NCBI RefSeq assembly: GCF_964204645.1
Contig: NC_134025.1
Coordinates: 24,470,299 to 24,534,298 of the forward strand
DNA: 64,000 bases
Direction: 5' to 3'
Source of the DNA: Tubulanus polymorphus
Taxonomy: Eukaryota > Animalia > Nemertea
Under the pieces are notes generated by a model. That model did no database searches. It worked only from the letters and a program-made list of their open reading frames with translations, and was not told the DNA's origin. Below, piece after piece: positions 1 through 11,947 of the stretch (positions are counted from its first letter, which is position 1; the number at the start of each line of letters is the position of its first letter). A program made the translations under genes and the position numbers.

Positions 1-112
1 TTCTATCATTTTATTGAAGTATTCACAGAAACCAAAACCAATAGAAACCAAACAATCAACAATCAGCAGTTTGTAGAATAACCAGACAGCGCCTACAGTT
101 AACAATAATAAG

Positions 113-870
113 TACTGGGCGTGGATGTGCTGGTATCACTGGTACTGGCTTGATGCGCTGGTATCACTGGTACTGGGATGATGTACTGGTATCACTGGTA
201 CTGGGATGATGCACTGGTATCACTGGTACTGGGATGATGTACTGGTATCACTGGTACTGGGATGATGCACTGGTATCACTGGTACTGGGATGATGCACTG
301 GTATTATTGGTGCTGGCTTGATGCGCAGGTATCACTGGTACTGAGATGATGCACTGGTATCACTGGTACTGGGATGATGTACTGGTATCACTGGTACTGG
401 GATGATGCACTGGTATCACTGGTACTGGGATGATGTACTGGTATCACTGGTACTGGGATGATGCACTGGTATCACTGGTACTGGGATGATGTACTGGTAT
501 CACTGGTACTGGGATGATGTACTGGTATCACTGGTACTGGGATGATGTACTGGTATCATTGGTGCTGGTTTGATGCGCTGGTATCACTGGTACTGGGATG
601 ATGCACTGGTATCATTGGTGCTGGTTTGATGCACTGGTACTGGGATGATGTACTGGTATCACTGGTACTGGGATGATGCACTGGTATCACTGGTACTGGG
701 ATGATGTGGTATCACTGGTACTGGGATGATGAACTGGTATCACTGGTACTGAAATGATGTACTGGTATTACTGGTACTGGGATGATGCACTGGTATCATT
801 GGTGCTGGCTTGATACGCTGGTATCACTGGTACTGGGATGATGCGCTGGTATCACTGGTACTGGGATGAT
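113..870. repeat. 28-bp minisatellite, about 26 copies, consensus CTGGTATCACTGGTACTGGGATGATG(T/C)A
   Basis: Unit starts recur at 130, 158, 186 and onward (28-bp period), with a few variant or deleted units. The period is not a multiple of 3. Confidence 0.95.
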
Positions 871-1186
871 TATACACTGCAACTGGGTTGGTGTGGGTTG
901 ATAGTACTTAAACCGTAGTAATGAAGAAGGCGGCCAATCTCACTACTGACTACCTAGTATCAGGTGCTGAACTCAGAAGCGGTGCTGCGACGTTGCATAA
1001 CCAATTCATAGCCGGCTTCAAACAAATTCATTCTAAATAGAATAAACACATTTTCATCTACGTCGTCATAAAAAAACCAATATAAATCATTAAATAATGA
1101 ATAAATGAGAGATCGATTATACTAACATTTAGTACATTGTTATTGTACGTTGCGCAATTATTCAAACTTTCTCCCACAACCAGGTG

Positions 1187-1203
1187 CAGGGGCGGATCCA
1201 GGG
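1187..1203 (+). mobile_element. Terminus of a non-autonomous DNA transposon (CAGGGGCGGATCCAGGG, hAT-like MITE end)
   Basis: The same 17-mer occurs at 32754-32770 and, with one mismatch, inverted at 61432-61448. Superfamily is inferred only from the CAGGGG start. Confidence 0.55.
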
Positions 1204-1348
1204 TGCCTTCCATGCCTTCCGGAAGGCAGTCAAAAAATCCCGAGTGCCCCTCTTAAAGGAACGCATTTTTTATTTTTAAGTGATAGTAAAAAAATCTACT
1301 ATCGCAAAGTAGCATATAGATTATAATCGTGATTCGAAGTGAACCTTT

Positions 1349-2069
1349 TCCGATGAGTTTTTCCTTCTCTCGTGGCTATTTCAAATCAACGACAGTAATT
1401 CCAACCCCAAATTAAGAACTTATAAACTTTTTAAAAAACGCTTTGAACTAGAAAAATATATTATTTCGAACTCTTTCCTTAAAAGACGCGAATTTTCCAA
1501 ACTGCGTCTCGGTTCCCATCGGCTTAGAATCGAGACGGGGCGTCACTGTCGTCCATTTTTACCAGCCAATGAGAGATTTTGCCTCTACTGTACTGTAAAT
1601 AAAGTCGTTGAGGACGAATCCCACTTTTTACTCGAGTGTTTCCATTTTATCCTCACTTGTATGTTTCACAGAGTTTGAGTCTTTTTGTGTTTTCGATAAA
1701 TTCCTATTTTTGATGTCCTATAACAACGGAGACTATGAAATTGCCAGCCTTATGTGTAACCTAGTTAACTCTTTACTTGCCCTCCGTTCAACACTTTGAT
1801 TCTTTTATATTATATTCACTTGATTGTATCGCCACCTAGTTTCCTTGCTGTAGTATTATATTTTGTTTTACGTTTAACATATTTTATTTGTAAATATTCT
1901 CTATTCCTATGTTATCCATTATAAAAGCGATTTTAAATGTATGTCCACTTTGTACTGTTTTCCCTGTGTTTTGATGTTAATATTTTATTGCATGTCATTT
2001 CCTATGTAACTTGTGTATTATATAGGGCAATAAAATTAAAGTTCAAGTTCAAGTTCAAGTTCAAGTTCA
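1349..2069 (+). mobile_element. 5'-truncated non-LTR retrotransposon (LINE): ORF2 C-terminus, 3'UTR and tandem-repeat tail; RTEX-like by inference
   Basis: Translation gives NPKLRTYKLFKKRFELEKYI...REFSKLRLGSHRLRIETGRHCRPFLPANERFCLYCTVNKVVEDESHFLLEC, the C-x2-C...H-x4-C end of LINE ORF2. A frameshift follows, with a stop at 1799, AATAAA at 2029-2034 and an (AAGTTC)5 tail to 2069. Confidence 0.85.
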
Positions 2070-2634
2070 TTATAATAAATCCCATCCATCAGAGTCACAT
2101 TCTATTAAATTCAATTCAATTTTGTTCCGTGAATATTTGTGTCGAGAGACGGAAAGGAAATTCTATGTCGAGACATCAAGGATAGTTTTATCGTTATTAC
2201 TGCAGTTAGTTTACTGTTTTGTTGCAGATATAGAAATAATTGTCTTTCCTTATTAAATGTTTCTAAATTTTTTACTTTTCAATAGAATAATTTAGATTCT
2301 ACCTAGAATGAAATATTTAAGATCAGTAAAATTGAAAAAAAAATATATATTTGAGATATTGAAACGTCGATATTTTTGTGATCACTTTTGAGATTAAGAG
2401 TTGAAATAATTGAACTTTCAAAGTGACTGAGGTATTCAAATGAATAGAAAAATTATCTGAATAGAATTGGATAAGTATTTAGCAGTTTAGATATTCTAGT
2501 TTAAGATTTCGGATTTGAGAAATATTTAAATGAAATTTCAGAGATTTGTGCTAGATATGTTGTGTATTTGAGATAACCAAGGTAAGTATATTTGAGGCAT
2601 ACTAATTGAGATAAGGTAATGAGTAAAAACTTAC

Positions 2635-2725
2635 TTAAATTGAGGAACAGGTCGAGTGCCCCGCCATTCTTCAGCACCTCGACCTGTACGGATTTCAGCA
2701 CGTCGAATAAAAAGTTACATGACAT
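2635..2725 (-). CDS. Putative first coding exon of an unknown small gene (MSCNFLFDVLKSVQVEVLKNGGALDLFLNL...)
   Basis: First ATG downstream of a TATA promoter and a 100-nt 5'UTR intron (3244-3145), in ACAATCATG context, ending at a consensus GTAAGT donor (2634). No homology recognised and downstream exons not resolved. Confidence 0.35.
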
Positions 2726-2797
2726 GATTGTTGTAGTTTTTGTAGTTAGTTGTCGACGTTGTTGTAGGTTCCGTAGAAGGTTCTCACGGTTGTCGAA

Positions 2798-2856
2798 GGT
2801 TCTGTTGTAGAATGTTCTGTTGTAGAATGTTCTGTTGTAGAAGGTTCTGTTGTAGA
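2798..2856. repeat. 15-bp tandem repeat (A(G/T)GTTCTGTTGTAGA), about 4 copies
   Basis: Directly visible beside the CTG tract. Confidence 0.8.
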
Positions 2857-2878
2857 CGGTTCTTCTTGTTGTAGGTTC

Positions 2879-3144
<266 letters not shown>

Positions 3145-3257
3145 CTGCAATATTGATAAAAGAAGATAATTAATACCAAGATATTAAATCAATCAAGAAA
3201 CATTTCATCGACAGAAAAAATAAAATGGACGCAGTTTAGCATACCGGAAAATGGGCG

Positions 3258-3335
3258 AACTGGAAAGAGTGACCCCGTGACCGGGCCTTATATACCGACA
3301 CCGGTGTGACGTCATATTACACAATACTGACCAAT
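3258..3335 (-). promoter_or_regulatory. Compact Pol II promoter-like module: TATA box, CRE, CCAAT and initiator-like element
   Basis: TATATAAG on the minus strand at 3294-3287, TGACGTCA at 3307-3314, CCAAT at 3331-3335, and an Inr-like CCAGTT about 30 nt downstream of the TATA, followed by a GTATGC donor at 3244. Confidence 0.5.
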
Positions 3336-3508
3336 GACAAGTAACTTGACATTCCCGCCGAGAAGTCAAAGAATGAAATTATTGCCATTAGATTCGAATC
3401 CTGCAAACGGAACGATGGTTGATTTTCTATTAAGGGGTGCCTTCACGTTGGAAAGCACCGATGCCCGGGCCACACCAGTCTACTTAGTTTTGTGACCAAC
3501 TTAACATA

Positions 3509-3958
3509 CCGTAAATCGGGGTGACTTGAGACGCTTATTTGTGATTTTATCAAATGCAGCTTGAGGACCTACCACCAACAATCTACCCAAATGATGATTA
3601 TTTGAACAACAATTGGTCCCTCTTCAGTTCTAGGCATGATGAAAAAATGTGTTTAATGATTTTCTAATTTTTTTAAATTCAGAAACAACTGTCTCATGTC
3701 ACCCCAAGGTGAAGGATGACTTGAAACATACAAAAAATGATGACACAGAATTTTAGTAAAATGAATATATGAGTAGTTCTTAACCCCCTAGACTAAGAGC
3801 CAGGCAGGCATAATAGGCCGACTCATGGTTGGGTCCTGTACATTCAGGAATCTTTTTGCATGCTGTCACTAGAGACGGGCCTGTATCAAGTAACCCCATA
3901 TGAAATTGCACTGAAAACTTTAGTTGGGGTGACTTGAGACACTGTCTCAAGTCACCCC
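3509..3958. mobile_element. Non-autonomous DNA transposon remnant (TA|CCGTA end, pogo/Tc1-mariner-like) with repeated GGGGTGACTTGAGAC motifs
   Basis: Motif at 3518-3532, a degenerate inverted copy near 3692-3706, and a perfect hairpin at 3926-3958. Confidence 0.6.
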
Positions 3959-5933
3959 TAGGTGGTTGGAAGAATATCCAACCTTACTTTTATTTTCATG
4001 AAATAATAATGATTAAAAGATCAATACCTGAGGTCACAGAGCACCAAAGCCTTAACTGGACCTTAAACTGAGCGTTTTATAGGTAGGCTACGACTGATAC
4101 AACTGGACCTTAAACTGGGCGTTGTATTGGACAGGGATTTTCTGATTTCATCCAGGAGGATTATTTGTTCTATTTGCCTCCAGTTTAGTTAACATATGGT
4201 TAAAAATGTTACCATGGTCCCGTTACGGGTCTTGAAAATTTGCTGTAAATAAAAGTCTGTGTGATTTTACGCCGATAATTTGATTCTGTTTGTTCACCAG
4301 TTGCAGACTTTAAGCAGCTTATACAACTGTGGAACAATTGGATTCAAAACTCAGTAGAACTGGATCCAGAACTGTAGAACTGAACCGCTGACTACGTGTT
4401 ATTAGAAATCAAATAAAGCCAGAAAATTTGAAGGAAATTTCGGTCTAGGAGACGACGCCTTCGGCCACTCGCTGCTTCTGCTTTTGATGGCTGATCGGGT
4501 ATTATCAAAAGGTCGTACCGTACTCAAGCTGGTCAGTTAGGGATCGAGTTCAACTAATACACCTTTAACCGGTGGAAACAGTAGGATACTTATTACAGCC
4601 TTGCGCCGATAATCAAGTCTTTTTTCTTTGGATCAATTAACCAATCCGTGAAATTGATTGTCTGACAACTATTTCCTAAAAAATATTGAAAGTCTCTTTT
4701 ACTCTCCCAAGACCGACTGAGGCGCATGGAATGTATGGTGACATTTGAAGTTACCACAGGCAGCCGTTATCAATATAACTTTTTGAATTCATCGTGGGGA
4801 AAACCAAACTTTTTGAATTCTGGATCTTAGATAGAGAGTCTAGATAATTCAAGATCCATAGCGTATTTGCTAAGGTCCAAATTTTGGGACAATACACTGC
4901 CAAATTTTCCTTGAGATCTGAGAGTAGGGCATAGGCCAATATTTTCATTAGATAGAATAGGTTTGCGGATTTTTACTTCATCATATTCAGAAATATTCTG
5001 GGAAGGATTAGCCATGCATTTACAGTAACTGATGCAGTACTATATATACACATCATCGCTCCGTCATGCCGAGTTATACATTTCACATCAACCAGTATCT
5101 ACATGCAGCTGTTCAGTGTGTAAGCTTACACACTATATCTGAATACGAGGATGGAATAGCATGCTCACTTCGCGTAGGTAGAATCCCCTCTCCGACAACT
5201 CGAGAACATAATTGGAAACCCCCATCCTAACCTCTTACAAAAAGTATTTATTTGGAGTTTGGATTATGTTGACCAAGAACTTCGTACCTAGTCATTAACA
5301 GGTACTCTGCGATCGAAGCAGTTTTTCCAAATTGTCGTGTATTTATTAGGGAGCAATGTCCAGGACGAAGATGAAGGATGTTCGTTCAAAAGAAATAAAA
5401 AAGAATATTGAATTTAATTGAATCAATAGATTTTAGGCCCTATCGTTAATGCAAGTCTAAAAATTATATTTGTTGATATCAAAGCGTTTTCTGAGGTGTA
5501 GTGGCGATATCTATGTGCATATTTTAATCGTGGATTCATTGATTTTTGAAATTTTCATAATGACAAAACAAATTTACTAGTCTAATGACTAATCAAGCCT
5601 TTCCAAATTCCAAAAGTGACAAGGGGCGACAATTTTTTTATTTTTTTGAAGGGGGAAATTTATGCGTTAACAGCCTTGAACCAGGATGGAAAGTACTTTG
5701 TTACTGTTTTTTGTGTGTGCGCGGAAAATGAAAATAATTCAAATTTGTATTCAGTATAAACTAGTACATTGTTGTTTGTTAGGGCCTAGATTTTACAAAG
5801 ATGCAGAAAGATAAAGAAAATTGAGATCAACACCTGATAGTTGCCATCAGCTTAAATATATGGGATATATGGGATATTTGTTTTTATTTATTTTTTACTC
5901 CAAAGAAGCTAGAAATAATTCAAAGATTGCAAA

Positions 5934-8905
5934 ATGCTGATGGACAACGTTACTGATGATGATGAAGAAATATCTGATGCCGAATTGCTCGCAAGTGCAG
6001 CATCCAGTCGCAGTACTACGCCAGCAAAAGCTTCACCAGCCCCCCGACACACCATTACCGGACGCGGAGTTACTATTGCCATGCTTATGTCAGATGGAAT
6101 CATCGAAGCAGGGGAGGGAGTTCTTACTATTGAATATTTGGTAAGCCATATGTAATGATACTTATTTTTTTGTTTGTGTTCAATGTGTATTTAGGTAAAC
6201 AGGCAGTATCAGGCTGGTAATACGTTTTATGAATTGCTTACTTAAACCAGTGATGTTTTCTTTTTTGTAGAGAAAGAAATTCTTCGGCGATTTGTTAATT
6301 GATGGAAGAATCAAGGATTTAGAAACTGGTGATATATTCACATCACCGAGTTCATGGGCTATTTACTGCAAGAAAGTCGTCAATCCTGCCAAGAAGTCTG
6401 GTTGTGGCTGGGCATCTGTGAGTTCAAATTTTAAGATTTGTAAACTATGTTTTAGTTTCAATTCTCTTATCATAGTTATTATCATTGTTTTCAGGTGAAA
6501 TATAAAGGGAAAAAACTGGATGTATATAAGACCATTTGGTTCAGAAAACAAAGAGGATTTCGAACTCCAGTGAGTTGTTGATAGTCACGGCCAAAGTCGC
6601 GATAATATTGGTGTTAAGAAAACGGTGTTTGAATATGTAATGTTTTGTTGTAGACACCTCCACGAACAGTTGGCAAGTCACCAAGGCACGATTCTTACAG
6701 GTCAGATACTGGTGACGATGATTTCTCCAGATTAGAATTTGAGTAAGTTGACTTAATCTCAGTCATGCTGATTAAGTTATTTCTAAAGATGAAAATCAAT
6801 TCCAGCCTAAAGAGTTAGTACAACAATCTTTCTTTTTCAGTGAGAGGGATAGAAAAGATGCGGGCAGTAAGTATATTATAGGCCTTTCTCGCAATCACGA
6901 TTTCCGTCTTTTATTGAAAATATGTTCTGTTATAGTTTTAGATCTGTCTATGACCGGACCGAATTCACTGCCTGAAGAGGATAACAGTCGTACAGTGATT
7001 AAACACAGCAATTTAGGGAAATCACTAGCCAGCAAGTAAGCGTTTAAATAGTCAATTCATTCTTATTCACTAACTTTCATAACTTAACGTTCACTCGTAT
7101 TTCATTCTAGGGACCCTCATACACTGGTTGAATGTGCCAAATTTGAAGACCTTGGGAGAATACAGCCATTTACAATAACGGCGACAACAAATTGTTTGCT
7201 CATAATGGTATGTTTACGTGTGATTACCAAAGCTTTTTCAAATATTCGCATAAAATCCAGATCGATCTCATTATAACTGATTTCCGTTCTAATGTACCAT
7301 CACAGGATTTTCATTCTCATTTGACCACGAGTGAAGTTGTCGGGTACCTCGGCGGAAAGTGGGATCCAAACACACATCGTAAGCTAGTTATAGCATTGTA
7401 AATTTTCTATCCAGTGTATATGTATATGATTATTGCCTGCTTAAAGTATCTGGATGATTTGTATTTTTAGACATGACGGTTTATCAAGCATTTCCTTGCA
7501 GATCGAGGCTCGGTGACAAGGATAATGCTGCACTAGTTGAAGAAGAGGTCAGTGGATGGTTATATCGATATAATTTGTACTGGTTATCATTATTGTGTAC
7601 TGCTCCCTACTTTCCAAAACCACCTGCTAGATAGTTAGCGTACATACTTTATTCAGTTTGTTAAGCTTAATCATTGGTTATTCAGATCCAACAGAGTATG
7701 GATCGCAGAGGCTTGTCTCTAGTCGGCTGGTATCACAGCCATCCTACTTGTAAATCATATCCGACTGTGAAAGATGTTCAAGCTCAGTTAGATTACCAGA
7801 TGTGTTTGAAAGGTGCAGGAAATGTCTACCAGCCATGCATCGGTATCATTGTCTGTGAGTTAGATATTCACTTCTCTAAACACCTGTGCAATAAGAACAT
7901 ATTTTATCATTTAACATGATGAATGTAATTGTCATAGCGCTATACTTTAAAACAACTTAGATATACTATAAACATATGGTATATCTTTTGTTTCAGCTCC
8001 ATTCCATAGCGCTATACTTTAAAACATACATTGTCATAGCGCTATACTTTAAAACACCTAACAGGTATGCTATAAACATATGGTATATCTTTTTGTTTCA
8101 GCTCCATTCCATTGCCTGAGATATGGACGCGAGTCATCAATTCGAGCATACTGGGTTATGCCACCAACTGAGGTAAAGTTTTGAACTTGTAATCCCTCTA
8201 TTCCTCATAACTGAATAAGTCAACCCCCGATATACCGCCCACATCGGTGCAGAACGATTTTGGCGGTATAGAGAGAATGGCGGTATATCGGGGGTGTTTT
8301 ACTATGTATTTGTATAGAGTTGTACATTGAGAAAACCTGGTGGTGGTGGTATATATAAGGGCGGTATATTAGAGGTTGACTCTATGTAAAAATTATGCGC
8401 ATTGTTTCACATTTTCAATTATTTTTCTTACAGCACACATACACAGATCAATGCATTCCAGTAGATATGGCATATGATGTCAGTCAGGATTGTTACTTAT
8501 CACCAGATGTTATTCATGAAATGGTACGTTTCTTCGCTGTTTGCTTTTTAATTGTCAGCTGCATTGTGTCTGCTCTCGACTTTATACATTTATTATGAAT
8601 TCTTTTTAGAAATGGTTGTCGGATTTCTATCGAGGAGCAGCGGATCAAATAAACATGTCAGATATGTGGCAGAAGAAAATGACTTATCTGGAAAAACTGA
8701 AGGTATATCTCACTGCATGATTAGTTGATGACATACCCCGTATACTACAGCAGTATTTTATTAACATAAAGAAATTAATATCTAATGCTGATTAAAACTT
8801 TTTTATTATTAGTCATCTCTGAACAGAAAACTGCCCAAGGATCAAGCGAATTCGTTTATGGATTCTTTGCATCTATTGGTATCCCTCGGAAGCCACATGG
8901 GATAG
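5934..8905 (+). CDS. MPND: MPN domain-containing protein (RAMA domain + JAMM/MPN domain), 468 aa. Exons 5934-6140, 6271-6417, 6495-6569, 6654-6742, 6841-6866, 6936-7035, 7111-7207, 7306-7378, 7471-7547, 7686-7854, 8102-8172, 8434-8523, 8610-8702, 8813-8905
   Basis: All junctions are GT-AG and in phase (1407 nt). Motifs match MPND: SPSSWAIYCKKVVNPAKKSGCGWASVKYKG, DFHSHLTTSEVVGYLGGKWD, AFPCRSRLGD, RGLSLVGWYHSHP, YWVMPP, TYLEKLKSSL...PKDQ. The small linker exons are less certain. Confidence 0.95.
7930..8112 (+). repeat. Local tandem duplication of an intron end, 3' splice site and first 11 nt of MPND exon 11
   Basis: TATAAACATATGGTATATCTTTT(T)GTTTCAG|CTCCATTCCAT occurs twice (AG at 7995-7996 and 8100-8101). 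CATAGCGCTATACTTTAAAACA occurs three times. Confidence 0.9.
8218..8381. mobile_element. MITE with ~23-bp TIRs in MPND intron 11 (Tc1-mariner/pogo-like by inference)
   Basis: AGTCAACCCCCGATATACCGCCC (8218-8240) pairs with GGGCGGTATATTAGAGGTTGACT (8359-8381); an extra internal inverted copy lies near 8279-8296. Confidence 0.8.
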
Positions 8906-9540
8906 TGTTCGAAGTGTAGTGAGGGATTGAAATAAGCGACTTGACATGTTCACTCAGTTTGGTTAGAATGATGTCATCCTAAAACTAAAAGCTGCCTAAG
9001 AATTATTTCAGAAATTATTTGTGTATTTAATTTATGTGAAGTGTATCCAGTATATAGTGCAAGTTGGCTATTCCTTTCATATTGTAGTAGTATGTTTTGC
9101 TAATACTTGCATTGAAATAAGTTATGATGAATGAATTTTTAAGATGATGGATGAAAAAATTTTTTGTATTTTAGATTGTGTTTGCGAGGAATTTTATGTA
9201 ATTGTTCAATTCATTGCAGCCTGTGCTTCATTTTAGCCTATTGAAATGGGTCAGTAGCAGAAAACATAAAACAATTTAGGCCTTGATATGGTTTGATAAT
9301 TTAAAAGTTATTATTATTTTACTGATACACACTGTATTTATTGCATTGCATTCCATTTGTACTTCTTCAATATGACAATTACTGATTTTACAATTTGGTT
9401 TATATTATACTTATTGTGACATTCCATGTTGTATATTATGATTCTTTCAATTCCATTTTTACGCTTTTAATGTTCAACTTTTACAATCGTCTGTAGTTTA
9501 TATATATATTTATGTCCTGTGTAATTAACTTATTCTACAG

Positions 9541-9546
9541 AATAAA
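9541..9546 (+). terminator. Probable MPND polyadenylation signal
   Basis: AATAAA at the end of a T-rich 630-nt region after the stop codon. Confidence 0.6.
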
Positions 9547-10165
9547 GTGAGAAAATCAATTTCATTTTGGAATTAGTGGTTTTGTTCAAGTTGATTTGCG
9601 ACGTCATTCTGGCTCTCGGAATCCGGAACCTTATTGATTTGACGTGTGTGAAATGTAGGTATGCGAGAGCGTATTTCGCGCTGCATAAAAAATTATCGAA
9701 CTGTAAGATATTTGGCGAACGGCAAAATGCGCTTGGAAAATCGAAACGAAAACTACGCTGTTCGGCTCATGCGATGGGAGGACTGAAAATGAACGAATTC
9801 TAATTTTTATATATCCACGTGTGGACACACATGTGTCGTACGTAGATCATCTGCAGCTGTTTCGATGATATCTGTAACGGTGCACAGGTGAGCAGCTACG
9901 TACGGTTTGCAACAACGTATTTCACCTGTGTCTATTATAAACGCCCGATAACAGGTCCTTGTATAGTATCATTGATCAAGACAAAAAGTTATTTTTTTTA
10001 ATTGTGCCTTTGAATACCCCTCTACAACCCTTTTTGAAACTTTCAAAGCTTTGAAGCTATCAAATTGACAGAAACAAACAGGTGATGATATATTTAGAGC
10101 CACGAATATATATATTTATTGGTTAAAATTATAAAATACAAAATTATTTGACATCAAAACTATCT

Positions 10166-11322
10166 CTACAGTTCGTCGTGACCAGTGGGTAAACCCTTCG
10201 GCCCGCTGAATTCGTCGAAAGAAATGAAGCCGTCTTTGTTTTTATCATCCCGATTAAAAGCGATCTCCAACATGCGCTCGTGATTGTCGACGTGTTCCTT
10301 ATTATCCGGGTCGAATGTTCCATCGAACATCATGCGCGCCTTGTAATACAAATCCATCTAGTCAAAAATAGGAAATTGAGAATGACTGCATAATTACAAT
10401 GTCAGAAAGTGAGATTTACAATTTTATACGCACTTCTTCACGTGATATCTTGTTATCGCTGTTCATATCCATATCGACAAACATGTTTGGATATTTTTGA
10501 CGTCGTTTCACTCTTATCATCTCGACGTCCATCACCAGAATTGAGTTCGGCGCAATTTTGCCGTCTACAATATAAAAATGTCTTTGTATACGCATTTGTT
10601 TTCAACTTGCTCAAAATTTCAACAATGTTTTTGAAATACCAGTCGGTGGACATTTTTAGGGAGTGAAAAATCCTTACCTAGCCCAGCATTATCACCGTAT
10701 CCTAATTCTGGTGGGACGGTCAAAGTTCGTTTTTGACCTTCACACATTCCGAAAATCCCTTCTTCCAATCCACGAAATACTAGATCGTATCCAGTCGGAA
10801 TTTCCAGGTAAACGTGCTTGCCAAATCTTCAAAACAAAATCATATGCAGATATTACCAAGAATCTAAGTTTTGAAATTTGATGGAAGGTCACGAATGTTT
10901 CAACCAGCAAATACTAACCGCTCATCTACTAGTTTTCCATCTGTTAGAGACACGTTCACATATATTCTTACAACGTCACCGACTCGAAGGTGTTTTTTCT
11001 CCGGAGGGCATTCATCTGGAACAAATGTATCGACTATTTCCACTTCAACGTCCGGATCATGATCTGTTGTTGGTGGTAGATCGTAATGTTGATGACTCCA
11101 TTGATCTGAGGTGGATGTCCAGCTATATGACCCTCCTTCTGCGCTGAACGAAGGTGGCATGAAACTGGGATGTAGCGGCACCCCTTCATTCGTCCCATCA
11201 TTGGTATCTGCAGCTACCGGATCAGCAGCAGCATCATCGTCCGTAGAACTAACGGACAACGGACTTATAACAAAAATTATACCGAGAATGAAATAAACTA
11301 GTCTTGTAAAGGTGATCTCCAT
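10166..11322 (-). CDS. ER-luminal FKBP7/FKBP14-family protein: signal peptide, acidic extension, one FKBP domain, two EF-hands, HDEL; 291 aa. Exons 11322-10919, 10826-10678, 10564-10434, 10357-10166
   Basis: Signal peptide MEITFTRLVYFILGIIFVISPLSVSS; FKBP motifs GLEEGIFGMCEGQKRTLTVPPELGYG and KIAPNSILVMDVEM; EF-hand loops DMNSDNKISREE and DKNKDGFISFDE; ends GHDEL*. Phases are consistent (876 nt); minus-strand AATAAA at 10120-10115. Confidence 0.92.
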
Positions 11323-11947
11323 GATGATTGTCTGGAACCTGACCTCGATGCACGCACTTCTCCAAATGCTACCAGGGCACAGGTGTGTAAAGAAGTATAA
11401 GGCGCAGACATGCCTACTACGTGACACGTGGTGTCATATTCTTGTGTTTTGGGGTTTGCCTTTTTACCAGTAAGAATTACCATTTGCATTTATTCTATAG
11501 AAAAATGACTAGTTAGAATCTCTTAACGAGTCACAACCTACCTTTGACCATTCGACTATCTATAGTGGTCGTTTTGGAAACGACCGCCGGCTCCCCCTCT
11601 TGCATGTAGTTTTACAAAAACCAACAAAAGAGATTGAAGTAGAGTTTAATTTGTGTGGTTGTTGGAAGCATGTAGTCATCAAAGTATGACCACTAAAATT
11701 CATTTTGAAATTCGCGGAGTTTCGATTGTTGGGATATGATTAAAAGCCCGCCGTTGTGTACGATCAATAAATATTCCATTGAGTTGAATTTAAGTCAATC
11801 AGTTTTGGTTGATACTTAGGACCACAGGCCATCATCTGCTGCATACGATTAAATACGTCGTTGCGACGAGTGACAGCTCGCAGATTTTGCAAGTGTATTC
11901 TTGTTCGCATTTCCGTAATTTGAAGCTAATTCGAACGCTTTCGCGTT
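11323..11947. promoter_or_regulatory. Short divergent (bidirectional) promoter between the FKBP gene and PLEKHA8
   Basis: The two start codons face away from each other 625 bp apart. Contains TGACACGTGGTGTCA at 11422-11436 (CCACGTGT on the minus strand). Confidence 0.75.

Noticed and set aside
113-870. 28-bp array as a CRISPR array or coding repeat
   Set aside because: Units are contiguous with no unique spacers, no cas genes are present, the context is eukaryotic, and the 28-bp period breaks frame.
3391-3403. tRNA B-box-like GATTCGAATCC
   Set aside because: No cloverleaf or matching A-box.
4751-5015. Two overlapping minus-strand ORFs upstream of MPND
   Set aside because: No recognisable motif and no consistent splice structure.
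11323-11427. N-terminal extension of the FKBP ORF from a GTG start at 11427
   Set aside because: ATG 11322 directly precedes a signal peptide; the upstream part is promoter or 5'UTR.
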